The translations under genes were made by a program, and so were the position numbers. From Eledone cirrhosa (Eukaryota), in the NCBI GenBank assembly GCA_964016885.1, contig OZ024751.1, forward strand, positions 2,294,001-2,358,000: a DNA stretch of 64,000 bases, in the 5' to 3' direction. Shown here piece by piece: positions 43,151-57,280 of the stretch; the stretch's first letter is position 1; each line of letters opens with the position of its first letter. The notes under the pieces are model-generated. The model made no database searches. It saw only the letters and a program-made list of their open reading frames with translations, and had not been told where the DNA came from.

Positions 43151-46100
43151 CTGTTGAACTGTCATGTTGAACTTTCTCTGTTGAACTGTTATACTGAAGC
43201 TTCTCTGTTGAATTGTCATATTGAACCTTCCCTGTTGAACTGTCTTGTTGGACCTTCCCTGTTTAACTGTCATATTGAACCTTCCCTGTTGAACTGTCAT
43301 ATTGAACTTTCTCTGTTGAACTGTCATGCTGAACCTTCCCTGTTTAACTGTAATGCTAAACCTTCTCTGTTGAACTGTCATATTGAACTTTCTCTGTTGA
43401 ACTGTCATGCTGAACCATCCCTGTTGAACTGTCATGCTGAACCTTCCCGGTTTAACTGTCATATTGAACCTTCCCTGTTTAACTGTCATGTTGAACCTTC
43501 CCTGTTTAACTGTCATGCTGAACCTTCTCTGTTGAACTGTCATATTGAACTTTCTCTGTTGAACTGTCATGCTGAAGCTTCCCTGTTGAACTGTCATGCT
43601 GAACCTTCCTTGTTGAGCCGTCATGTTGAACCTTCTCTGTTGAACTGTCGTGTAGAACTGGTATGTTGAACCTTCTCTGTTGACTGTCATATTGAACCTT
43701 CTCTGTTGATCTGTCATATTGAACCTTCTCTGTTGAACTGTCATACTGGACATTCTCTGTTGAACAGTCATATTGAACCTTCTCTGTATAACTGTCATAT
43801 TGAACCTTCTTAGTTTAACTGTCATATTGATCTTTCTCTGTTGAACTGTCATATGGAACCTTCCATGTTCAACTCTCATGTAGAACCTTCTCTGTTTAAC
43901 TGTCATATTGAACTTTCCCTGTTGAACTGTCATGCTGAACCTTCCTTGTTGAACTGTCATGTTGAACCTTCTCTGTTGAAATGTCATGTTGAACCTTCAA
44001 TGTTGAACTGTCATATTGAACCTTCTCTGTTGAACTGTCATGTTGAACCTTCTCTGTTGAACTGTCATATTGAACCTTCCCTGTTCAACTGTCATGTTGA
44101 ACCTTCTCTGTTTAACTGTCATATTGAACTTTCTCTGTTGAACTGTCATGCTGAACCTTCCTTGTTGAACTGTCATGTTGAACCTTCTGTGTTGAACTGT
44201 CATAATGAACCTTCCCTGTTGAACTGTCATGTTGGACCTTCCCTGTTTAACTGTCATATTGAACCTTCTCTGTTAAACTGTCATGCTGAACCTTCCCTGT
44301 TGAACTATCAGATTGAACTTTCTCTGTTGAACTGTCATGCTGAACCTTCTCTGTTTAACTGTCATATTGAACCTTCTCTGTAGAAATGCCATATTGAACC
44401 TTCTCTGTTTAACTGTCATATTTAACTTTCTCTGATGAACTGTCATGCTGAACCTTCCCTGTTGAACTGTCATGTTGAACTTTCTCTGTTGAACTGTCAT
44501 GTTGAACCTTCCCTGTTTAACTGTCATGCTGAACCTTCTCTGTTGAATTGTCATATTGAACTTTCTCTGTTGAACTCTCATGCTGAACCTTCCCTGTTGA
44601 ACTGTCAGGCTGAACCTTCCTTGTTGAGATGTCATGTTGAACCTTCTCTTTTGAACTGTCATATTGAACCTTCTATGTTGAACTGTCATGTTGAACCTTC
44701 TCTGATGAACTGTCATGTTGAACCTTCTCTGTTGAACTGTCATATTGAACCTCCCATGTTGAAATGTCATGTTGAACCTTCTCTGTTGAACTGTCATGCT
44801 GAACCTTCCCTGTTGAACTATCATATTTAACTTTCTCTGTTGAACTGTCATGTTGAACCTACTCTGTTGAACTGTGATGCTGAATCTTCCCTGTTGAACT
44901 GTCATGCTGAACCTTCCCTGTTTAACTGTCATATTGAACTTTCTCTGTTGGACTGTCATGCTGAAACTTCCCTGTTGAACTGTCATGCTGAACCTTCCTT
45001 ATTGAACTGTCAGGCTGAACCTTCTCTGTTGAACTATCATATTGAACTTTCTCTGTTGAACTGTCATGTTGAACCTACTCTGTTGAACTGTCATGCTGAA
45101 ACTTCCTTGTCGAGCTGTCATGTTGAACCTTCTCTGTTGTACTGTCATGTTGAACTGTCATGTTGAACCTTCTCTGTTGAACTGTCATATTGAACCTTCC
45201 CTGTTCAACTGTCATGTTGAACCTTCTCTGTTTAACTGTCATATTGAACTTTCTCTGTTGAACTGTCATGCTGAACCTTCCTTGTTGAACTGTCATGTTG
45301 AACCTTTTCTGTTGAACTGTCATGTTGGACCTTCTCTGTTGAACTGTCATATTGAACTTTCCCTGCTGAACTGGCATGCTGGACCTTCCCTGTTGAACTG
45401 TCATGCTGAACCTTCCCTGTTTAACTGTCATGCTGAACCTTCTCTGTTGAACTGTCATATTGAACTTTCTCTGTTGAACTGTCATGTTGGACCTTCTCTG
45501 TTTAACTGTCATATTGAACCTTCTCTGTTTAACTGTCATATTGAACCTTCTCTGTTTAACTGTCATATTGAACTTTCTCTGTTGAACTCTCATGCTGACG
45601 CATCCCTGTTGAACTATCATATTGAACTTTCTCTGTTGAACTGTCATGTTGAACCTACTCTGTTGAACTGTCATGCTGAACCTTCTCTGTTGAACTGTCA
45701 TATTGAACCTTCCCTTTGAACTGTCATGTTTAACCTTCTCTGTTTAACTGTCATATTGAACTTTCTCTGTTGTACTGTCATACTGAACCTTCCCTGTTGA
45801 ACTGTCATGTTGAACTTTCTCTGTCGAACTGTAATACTGAACCTTCTCTGTTGAACTGTCATATTGAACCTTCCCTGTTGAACTGTCATGTTGAACCTTC
45901 TCTGTTTAACTGTCATATTTAACTTTCTCTGTTGAACTGTCATGCTGAACCTTCCTTGTTGAGCTGTCATGTTGAACCTTCTCTGTTGTACTGTCATGTT
46001 GAACTGTCATGTTGAACCTTCTCTGTTGAACTGTCATATTGAACCTTCTCTTTTGAACTGTCATGCTGGACATTCTCTGTTGAACTGTCATATTGAACCT

Positions 46101-49100
46101 TCTCCGTATAACTGTCATATTGAACCTTCTCAGTTTAACTGTCATATTGAACTTTCTCTGTTGAATTGTCATGCTGAACCTTCCCTGTTGAACTGTCATG
46201 TTGAACTTTCTCTGTTAAACTGTCATACTGAACCTTCTCTGTTTAACTGTCATATTGAACTTTCTCTGTTGAACTGTCATGCTGAACCTTCCTTGTTGAG
46301 CCGTCATGTTGAACCTTCTCTGTTGAACTGTCGTGTTGAACTGGTATGTTGAACCTTCTCTGTTGACTGTCATATTGAACCTGATCTGTTGAACTGTCAT
46401 GTTGGACCTTCTTTGTTGAACTGTCATGTTGAACCTTCTGTGTTTAACTGTCATATTGAACTTTCTCTGTTGAACTGTGATCCCGAACCTTCCTTGTTGA
46501 ACTGTCATGTTGAACCTTCTCTGTTGAACTGTCATGTTGGACCTTCTCTGTTGCACTGTCATATTGAACTTTCTCTGTTGAAATGTCATGTTGAACCTTC
46601 TCTGTTGAACTGTCATATTGAACCTTCTCTGTTGAACTGTCATGTTGAACCTTCTCTGTTGAACTGTCATATTGAACCTTCCCTGTTGAATTGTCATGTT
46701 GAACCTTCTCTGTTGAACTGTCATATTGCACCTTCCCTGTTCAACTGTCATATTGAACCTTCTCGGTAGAACTGTGATAGAGATCCTTCTCTGTTTAACT
46801 GTCATATTGAACTTTCTCTGTTGAACTGTCATGCTGAACTTTCCCTGTTGAACTGTCATGTTGAACTTTCTCTGTTGAACTGTCATACTGAAGCTTCTCT
46901 GTTGAACTGTCATATTGAACCTTCCATGTTGAAATGTCATGTTGAACCTTCTCTGTTGAACTGTCATGCTGAACCTTCCCTGTTAAACTATCATATTTAA
47001 CTTTCTCTGTTGAACTGTCATGTTGAACCTACTCTGTTGAACTGTGATACTAAATCTTCCCTGTTGAACTGTCATGCTGAACCTTCCCTGTTTAACTGTC
47101 ATATTAAACTTTCTCTGTTGGACTGTCATGCTGAAGCTTCCCTGTTGAACTGTCATGCTGAACCTTCCTTATTGAACTGTCATGCTGAACCTTCTCTGTT
47201 GAACTATCATATTGAACTTTCTCTGTTGAACTGTCATGTTGAACCTACTCTGTTGAACTGTCATGCTGAAACTTCCTTGTCGAGCTGTCATGTTGAACCT
47301 TCTCTGTTGAACTGTCATGTTGAACTGTCATGTTGAACCTTCTCTGTTGAACTGTCATATTGAACCTTCCCTGTTCAACTGTCATGTTGAACCTTCTCTG
47401 TTTAACTGTCATATTGAACTTTCTCTGTTGAACTGTCATGCTGAACCTTCCTTGTTGAACTGTCATGTTGAACCTTCTTTGTTGAACTGTCATGTTGGAC
47501 CTTCTCTGTTGAACTGTCATATTGAACTTTCCCTGCTGAACTGGCACGCTGGACCTTCCCTGTTGAACTGTCATGCTGAACCTTCCCTGTTTAACTGTCA
47601 TGCTGAACCTTCTCTGTTGAACTGTCATATTGAACTTTCTCTGTTGAACTGTCATGTTGGACCTTCTCTGTTTAACTGTCATATTGAACCTTCTCTGTTT
47701 AACTGTCATATTGAACTTTCTCTGTTGAACTGTCATGCTGAAGCTTCCCTGTTGAACTGTCATGCTGAACCTTCCCTGTTTAACTGTCATATTGAACTTT
47801 CTCTGTTGAACTGTCATGCTGACGCTTCCCTGTTGAACTATCATATTGAACTTTCTCTGTTGAACTGTCATGTTGAACCTACTTTGTTGAACTGTCATGC
47901 TGAACCTTCTCTGTTGAACTGTCATATTGAACCTTCCCTTTGAACTGTCATGTTGAACCTTCTCTGTTTAACTGTCATATTGAACTTTCTCTGTTGTACT
48001 GTCATACTGAACCTTCCCTGTTGAACTGTCATGTTGAACTTTCTCTGTTGAACTGTCATACTGAACCTTCTCTGTTGAACTGTCATATTGAACCTTCCCT
48101 GTTGAACTGTCATGTTGAACTTTCTCTGTTGAACTGTCATACTGAACCTTCTCTGTTAAACTGTCATATTGAACTTTCTCTGTTGAACTGTCATGCTGAA
48201 CCTTCCTTGTTGAGCTGTCATGTTGAACCTTCTCTGTTGTACTGTCATGTTGAACTGTCATGCTGGACATTCTCTGTTGAACTGTCATATTGAACCTTCT
48301 CCATATAACTGTCATATTGAACCTTCTCAGTTTAACTGTCATATTGAACTTTCTCTGTTGAACTGTCATGCTGAATCTTCCCTGTTGAACTGTCATGTTT
48401 AACTTTCTCTGTTGAACTGTCATACTGAAGCTTCTCTGTTTAACTGTCATATTGAACTTTCTCTGTTGAACTGTCATGCTGAACCTTCCTTGTTGAGCCG
48501 TCATGTTGAACCTTCTCTGTTGAACTGTCGTGTTGAACTGGTATGTTGAACCTTCTCTGTTGACTGTCATATTGAACCTTATCTGTTCAACTGTCATGTT
48601 GGACCTTCTTTGTTGAACTGTCATGTTGAACCTTCTGTGTTTAACTGTCATATTGAACTTTCTCTGTAGAACTGTGATCCTGAACCTTCCTTGTTGAACT
48701 GTCATGTTGAACCTTCTCTGTTGAACTGTCATGTTGGACCTTCTCTGTTGCACTGTCATATTGAACTTTCTCTGTTGAAATGTCATGTTGAACCTTCTCT
48801 GTTGAACTGTCATATTGAACCTTCTCTGTTGAACTGTCATGTTGAACCTTCTCTGTTGAACTGTCATATTGAACCTTCTCTGTTGAATTGTCATGTTGAA
48901 CCTTCTCTGTTGAACTGTCATATTGAACCTTCCCTGTTCAACTGTCATATTGAACCTTCTCGGTAGAACTGTGATAGAGATCCTTCTCTGTTTAACTGTC
49001 ATATTGAACTTTCTCTGTTGAACTGTCATGCTGAACCTTCCCTGTTGAACTGTCATGTTGAACTTTCTCTGTTGAACTGTCATACTGAAGCTTCTCTGTT

Positions 49101-49719
49101 GAACTGTCATATTGAACCTTCCATGTTGAACTGTCATGTTGGACCTTCCCTGTTTAACTGTCATATTGAACCTTCCCTGTTGAATTGTCATATTGAACTT
49201 TCCCTGTTGAACTGTCATGCTGAACCTTCCCTGTTTAACTGTCATATTGAACTTTCTCTGTTGAACTGTCATGATGAACCTTCCCTGTTTAACTGTAATG
49301 CTGAACCTTCCCTGTTGAACTGTCATGCTTAACCTTCCCTGTTTAACTGTCATATTGAACTTACTCTGTTGAACTGTCATGCTGAACCTTCCCTGTTGAA
49401 CTGTCATGTTGAACTTTCTCTGTTGAACTGTTATACTGAAGCTTCTCTGTTGAATTGTCATATTGAACCTTCCCTGTTGAACTGTCTTGTTGGACCTTCC
49501 CTGTTTAACTGTCATATTGAACCTTCCCTGTTGAACTGTCATATTGAACTTTCTCTGTTGAACTGTCATGCTGAACCTTCCCTGTTTAACTGTAATGCTA
49601 AACCTTCTCTGTTGAACTGTCATATTGAACTTTCTCTGTTGAACTGTCATGCTGAACCTTCCCTGTTGAACTGTCATGCTGAACCTTCCCGGTTTAACTG
49701 TCATATTGAACTTTCTCTG

Positions 49720-52290
49720 TTGAACTGTCATGTTGAACCTTCTCTGTTGAACTGTCATATTGGACCTTCCCTGTTTAACTCATATTGAACCTTCCCTGTT
49801 TAACTGTCATGTTGAACCTTCCCTGTTTAACTGTCATGCTGAACCTTCTCTGTTGAACTGTCATATTGAACTTTCTCTGTTGAACTGTCACGCTGAAGCT
49901 TCCCTGTTGAACTGTCATGCTGAACCTTCCTTGTTGAGCCGTCATGTTGAACCTTCTCTGTTGAACTGTCGTGTAGAACTGGTATGTTGAACCTTCTCTG
50001 TTGACTGTCATATTGAACCTTCTCTGTTGAACTGTCATATTGAACCTTCTCTGTTGAACTGTCATGCTGGACATTCTCTGTTGAACTGTCATATTGAACC
50101 TTCTCTGTATAACTGTCATATTGAATCTTCTCAGTTTAACTGTCATATTGAACTTTCTCTGTTCAACTGTCATATGGAACCTTCCATGTTCAACTCTCAT
50201 GTAGAACCTTCTCTGTTTAACTGTCATATTGAACTTTCCCTGTTGAACTGTCATGCTGAACCTTCCTTGTTGAACTGTCATGTTGAACCTTCTCTGTTGA
50301 AATGTCATGTTGAACCTTCAATGTTGAACTGTCATATTGAACCTTCTCTGTTGAACTGTCATGTTGAACCTTCTCTTTTGAACTGTCATATTGAGCCTTC
50401 TCTGTTGAACTGTCATGTTGAACCTTCTCTGTTGAACTGTCATATTGAACCTTCCCTGTTCAACTGTCATGTTGAACCTTCTCTGTTGAACTGTCATGCT
50501 GAACCTTCTCTGTTGAACTGTCATGTTGAACCTTCTGTGTTGAACTGTCATAATGAACCTTCCCTGTTGAACTGTCATGTTGGACCTTCCCTGTTTAACT
50601 GTCATATTGAACCTTCTCTGTTAAACTGTCATGCTGAACCTTCCTTGTTGAACTATCAGATTGAACTTTCTCTGTTGAACTGTCATGCTGAACCTTCTCT
50701 GTTTAACTCTCATACTGAACCTTCTCTGTAGAAATGTCATATTGAACCTTCTCTGTTTAACTGTCATATTTAACTTTCTCTGTTGAACTGTCATGCTGAA
50801 CTTTCCCTGTTGAACTGTCATGTTGAACTTTCTCTGTTGAACTGTCATGCTGAACCTTCCCTGTTTAACTGTCATGCTGAACCTTCTCTGTTGAATTGTC
50901 ATATTGATCTTTCTCTGTTGAACTGTCATGCTGAACCTTCCCTGTTGAACTGTCAGGCTGAACCTTCCTTGTTGAGCTGTCATGTTGAACCTTCTCTTTT
51001 GAACTGTCATATTGAACCTTCTATGTTGAACTGTCATGTTGAACCTTCTCTGTTGAACTGTCATGTTGAACCTTCTCTGTTGAACTGTCATATTGAACCT
51101 CCCCTGTTGAAATGTCATGTTGAACCTTCTCTGTTGAACTGTCATGCTGAACCTTTCCTGTTGAACTATCATATTTAACTTTCTCTGTTGAACTGTCATG
51201 TTGAACCTTCTCTGTTGAACTGTCATATTGGACCTTCCCTGTTTAACTCATATTGAACCTTCCCTGTTTAACTGTCATGTTCCACTTTCCCTGTTTAACT
51301 GTCATGCTGAACCTTCTCTGTTGAACTGTCATATTGAACTTTCTCTGTTGAACTGTCACGCTGAAGCTTCCCTGTTGAACTGTCATGCTGAACCTTCCTT
51401 GTTGAGCCGTCATGTTGAACCTTCTCTGTTGAACTGTCGTGTAGAACTGGTATGTTGAACCTTCTCTGTTGACTGTCATATTGAACCTTCTCTGTTGAAC
51501 TGTCATATTGAACCTTCTCTGTTGAACTGTCATGCTGGACATTCTCTGTTGAACTGTCATATTGAACCTTCTCTGTATAACTGTCATATTGAATCTTCTC
51601 AGTTTAACTGTCATATTGAACTTTCTCTGTTCAACTGTCATATGGAACCTTCCATGTTCAACTCTCATGTAGAACCTTCCCTGTTGAACTGTCATGTTGG
51701 ACCTTCCCTGTTTAACTGTCATATTGAACCTTCTCTGTTAAACTGTCATGCTGAACCTTCCTTGTTGAACTATCAGATTGAACTTTCTCTGTTGAACTGT
51801 CATGCTGAACCTTCTCTGTTTAACTGTCATATTGAACCTTCTCTGTAGAAATGTCATATTGAACCTTCTCTGTTTAACTGTCATATTTAACTTTCCCTGT
51901 TGAACTGTCATGTTGAACTTTCTCTGTTGAACTGTCATGCTGAACCTTCCCTGTTTAACTGTCATGCTGAACCTTCTCTGTTGAATTGTCATATTGATCT
52001 TTCTCTGTTGAACTGTCATGCTGAACCTTCCCTGTTGAACTGTCAGGCTGAACCTTCCTTGTTGAGCTGTCATGTTGAACCTTCTCTTTTGAACTGTCAT
52101 ATTGAACCTTCTATGTTGAACTGTCATGTTGAACCTTCTCTGTTGAACTGTCATGTTGAACCTTCTCTGTTGAACTGTCATATTGAACCTCCCCTGTTGA
52201 AATGTCATGTTGAACCTTCTCTGTTGAACTGTCATGCTGAACCTTTCCTGTTGAACTATCATAATTAACTTTCTCTGTTGAACTGTCATG
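49720..52290. repeat. Tandem duplication, offset 1468, with 14 monomers (378 bp) missing from the second copy
   Basis: ORF offsets 49760/51228 and 50027/51495 are 1468, and ORF ends 51178/52268 are 1090. The private variants gtcacgctgaagc and gaatcttctcag occur in both copies. Confidence 0.85.
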
Positions 52291-55200
52291 TTGAAACTAC
52301 TCTGTTGAACTGTGATGCTGAATCTTCCCTGTTGAACTGTCATGCTGAACCTTCTCTGTTGAACTATCATATTGAACTTTCTCTGTTGAACTGTCATGTT
52401 GAACCTACTCTGTTGAACTGTCATGCTGAAACTTCCTTGTCGAGCTGTCATGTTGAACCTTCTCTGTTGAACTGTCATGTTGAACTGTCATGTTGAACCT
52501 TCTCTGTTGAACTGTCATATTGAACCTTCCCTGTTCAACTGTCATGTTGAACCTTCTCTGTTTAACTGTCATATTGAACTTTCTCTGTTGAACTGTCATG
52601 CTGAACCTTCCTTGTTGAACTGTCATGTTGAACCTTTTCTGTTGAACTGTCATGTTGGACCTTCTCTGTTGAACTGTCATTTTGAACTTTCCCTGCTGAA
52701 CTGGCATGCTGGACCTTCCCTGTTGAACTGTCATGCTGAACCTTCCCTGTTTAACTGTCATGCTGAACCTTCCCTGTTTAACTGTCATGTTGAACCTACT
52801 CTGTTGAACTGTCATGCTGAAACTTCCTTGTCGAGCTGTCATGTTGAACCTTCTCTGTTGAACTGTCATGTTGAACTGTCATGTTGAACCTTCTCTGTTG
52901 AACTGTCATGTTGGACCTTCTCTGTTTAACTGTCATATTGAACCTTCTCTGTTTAACTGTCATATTGAACTTTCTCTGTTGAACTGTCATGCTGAAGCTT
53001 CCCTGTTGAACTGTCATGCTGAACCTTCCCTGTTTAACTGTCATATTGAACTTTCTCTGTTGAACTCTCATGCTGACGCTTCCCTGTTGAACTATCATAT
53101 TGAACTTTCTCTGTTGAACTGTCATGTTGAACCTACTCTGTTGAACTGTCATGCTGAACCTTCTCTGTTGAACTGTCATATTGAACCTCCCTTTGAACTG
53201 TCATGTTGAACCTTCTCTGTTTAACTGTCATATTGAACTTTCTCTGTTGTACTGTCATACTGAACCTTCCCTGTTGAACAGTCATGTTGAACTTTCTCTG
53301 TTGAACTGTCATACTGAACCTTCTCTGTTGAACTGTCATATTGAACCTTCCCTGTTGAACTGTCATGTTGAACCTTCTCTGTTGTACTGTCATGTTGAAC
53401 TGTCATGTTGAACCTTCTCTGTTGAACTGTCATATTGAACCTTCTCTTTTGAACTGTCATGCTGGACATTCTCTGTTGAACTGTCATATTGAACCTTCTC
53501 CGTATAACTGTCATATTGAACCTTCTCAGTTTAACTGTCATATTGAACTTTCTCTGTTGAACAGTCATGCTGAACCTTCCCTGTTGAACTGTCATGTTGA
53601 ACTTTCTCTGTTGAACTGTCATACTGAACCTTCTCTGTTTAACTGTCATATTGAACTTTCTCTGTTGAACTGTCATGCTGAACCTTCCTTGTTGAGCCGT
53701 CATGTTGAACCTTCTCTGTTGAACTGTCGTGTTGAACTGGTATGTTGAACCTTCTCTGTTGACTGTCATATTGAACCTGATCTGTTGAACTGTCATGTTG
53801 GACCTTCTTTGTTGAACTGTCATGTCGAACCTTCTGTGTTTAACTGTCATATTGAACTTTCTCTGTTGAACTGTGATCCTGAACCTTCCTTGTTGAACTG
53901 TCATGTTGAACCTTCTCTGTTGAACTGTCATGTTGGACCTTCTCTGTTGCACTGTCATATTGAACTTTCTCTGTTGAAATGTCATGTTGAACCTTCTCTG
54001 TTGAACTGTCATATTGAACCTTCTCTGTTGAACTGTCATGTTGAACCTTCTCTGTTGAACTGTCATATTGAACCTTCCCTGTTGAATTGTCATGTTGAAC
54101 CTTCTCTGTTGAACTGTCATATTGAACCTTCCCTGTTCAACTGTCATATTGAACCTTCTCGGTAGAACTGTGATAGAGATCCTTCTCTGTTTAACTGTCA
54201 TATTGAACTTTCTCTGTTGAACTGTCATGCTGAACCTTCCCTGTTGAACTGTCATGTTGAACTTTCTCTGTTGAACTGTCATACTGAAGCTTCTCTGTTG
54301 AACTGTCATATTCAACCTTCCATGTTGAACTGTCATGTTGGACCTTCCCTGTTTAACTGTCATATTGAACCTTCCCTGTTGAACTGTCATATTGAACTTT
54401 CTCTGTTGAACTGTCATGATGAACCTTCCCTGTTTAACTGTAATGCTGAACCTTCCCTGTTGAACTGTCATGCTTAACCTTCCCTGTTTAACTGTAATAT
54501 TGAACTTACTCTGTTGAACTGTCATGCTGAACCTTCCCTGTTGAACTGTCATGTTGAACTTTCTCTGTTGAACTGTCATACTGAAGCTTCTCTGTTGAAT
54601 TGTCATATTGAACCTTCCCTGTTGAACTGTCTTGTTGGACCTTCCCTGTTTAACTGTCATATTGAACCTTCCCTGTTGAACTGTCATATTGTACTTTCTC
54701 TGTTGAACTGTCATGCTGAACCTTCCCTGTTTAACTGTAATGCTAAACCTTCTCTGTTGAACTGTCATATTGAACTTTCTCTGTTGAACTGTCATGCTGA
54801 ACCTTCCCTGTTGAACTGTCATGCTGAACATTCCTGGTTTAACTGTCATATTGAACTTTCTCTGTTGAACTGTCATGTTGAACCTTCTCTGTTGAACTGT
54901 CATATTGGACCTTCCCTGTTTAACTCATATTGAACCTTCCCTGTTTAACTGTCATGTTGAAATTTCCCTGTTTAACTGTCATGCTGAACCTTCTCTGTTG
55001 AACTGTCATATTGAACTTTCTCCGTTGAACTGTCATGCTGAAGCTTCCCTGTTGAACTGTCATGCTGAACCTTCCTTGTTGAGCCGTCATGTTGAACCTT
55101 CTCTGTTGAACTGTCGTGCAGATCTGGTATGTTGAACCTTCTCTGTTGACTGTCATATTGAACCTTCTCTGTTGAACTGTCATATTGAACCTTCTCTGTT

Positions 55201-57280
55201 GAACTGTCATGTTGGACATTCTCTGTTGAACTGTCATATTGAACCTTCTCTGTAGAATTGTCATATTGAACCTTTTCTGTTTAACTGTCATATTGAACTT
55301 TCTCTGTTGAACTGTCATACTGAACCTTGTCTGTTGAACTGTCATATTGAACCTTCCCTGTTGAACTGTCATGTTGAACCTTCTCTGTTTAACTGTCATA
55401 TTGAACTTCCTCTGTTGAACTGTCATGCTGAACCTTCCTTGTTGAGCTGTCTTGTTGAACCTTCTCTGTTGTACTGTCATGTTGAACTGTCATGTTGAAC
55501 CTTCTCTGTTGAACTGTCATATTGAACCTTCTCTGTTGAACTGTCGTGTAGAACTGGTATGTTGAACCTTCTCTGTTGACTGTCATATTGAACCTTCTCA
55601 TTTGAACTGTCATATTGAACCTTCTCTGTTGAACTGTCATGCTGGACATTCTCTGTTGAACTGTCATATTGAACCTTCTCCGTATAACTGTCATATTGAA
55701 CCTTCTCAGTTTAACTGTCATATTGAACTTTCTCTGTTGAACTGTCATGCTGAACCTTCCCTGTTGAACTGTCATGTTGAACTTTCTCTGTTGAACTGTC
55801 ATACTGAACCTTCTCTGTTTAACTGTCATATTGAACTTTCTCTGTTGAACTGTCATGCTGAACCTTCCTTGTTGAGCTGTCATGTTGAACCTTCTCTGTT
55901 GAACTGTCGTGTTAAACTGGTATGTTGAACCTTCTCTGTTGACTGTCATATTGAACCTTATCTGTTGAACTGTCATGTTGGACCTTCTTTGTTGAACTGT
56001 TATGTTGAACCTTCTGTGTTTAACTGTCATATTGAACTTTCTCTGTTGAACTGTGATCCTGAACCTTCCTTGTTGAACTGTCATGTTGAACCTTCTCTGT
56101 TGAACTGTCATGTTGGACCTTCTCTGTTGCACTGTCATATTGAACTTTCTCTGTTGAAATGTCATGTTGAACCTTCTCTGTTGAACTGTCATATTGAACC
56201 TTCTCTGTTGAACTGTCATGTTGAACCTTCTCTGTTGAACTGTCATATTGAACCTTCCCTGTTGAATTGTCATGTTGAACCTTCTCTGTTGAACTGTCAT
56301 ATTGAACCTTCCCTGTTCAACTGTCATATTGAACCTTCTCGGTAGAACTGTGATAGAGATCCTTCTCTGTTTAACTGTCATATTGAACTTTCTCTGTTGA
56401 ACTGTCATGCTGAACCTTCCCTGTTGAACTGTCATATTGAACCTTCTCTGTTGAACTGTCATGTTGAACCTTCTCTGTTGAACTGTCATATTGAACCTTC
56501 TCTGTAGAACTGTCATATTGAACCTTCTCTATTTAACTGTCATATTGAACCTTCCCCGTTGAACAGTCATGTTGGACATTCCCTGTTGAACTGTCATGTT
56601 GGACCTTCCCTGTTTAACTGTCATATTGAATCTTCCCTGTTGAACTGTCATATTGAACATTCCCTGTTGAACTGTCATGCTGCACCTTCCCTGTTGAACT
56701 GTCATGCTGAACCTTCTCTGTTGAACTGTCATATTGAACATTCTCTGTTGAACAGTCATGCTGAACTTTCCCTGTTGAACTGTCATGCTGAACCTTCCTT
56801 GTTGAGCCGTCATGTTGAACCTTCTCTGTTGTACTGTCATGTTGAACTGTCAAGTTGAACCTTCTCTGTTGACTGTCATATTGAACCTTATCTGTTGAAC
56901 TCTCATGTTGGACCTTCTCTGTTGAACTCTCATATTGAACCTTCTCTGTAGAACTGTCATAGTAAACCTTCTCTGTTTAACTGTCATATTGAACTTTCTC
57001 TGTTGAACTGTCATGCTGAACCTTCCCTGTTGAACTGTCATGTTGAACTTTCTCTGTTGAACTGTCATACTGAAGCTTCTCTGTTGAACTGTCATATTGA
57101 AGCTTCCATGTTGAACTGTCATATTGAACTTTCTCTGTTGAACTGTCATGCTGAACCTTCCCTGTTTAACTGTAATGCTGAACCTTCTCTGTTGAACTGT
57201 CATATTGAACTTTCTCTGTTGAACTGTCATGCTGAACCTTCCCTGTTGAACTGTCATGCTTAACCGTCCCTGTTTAACTC

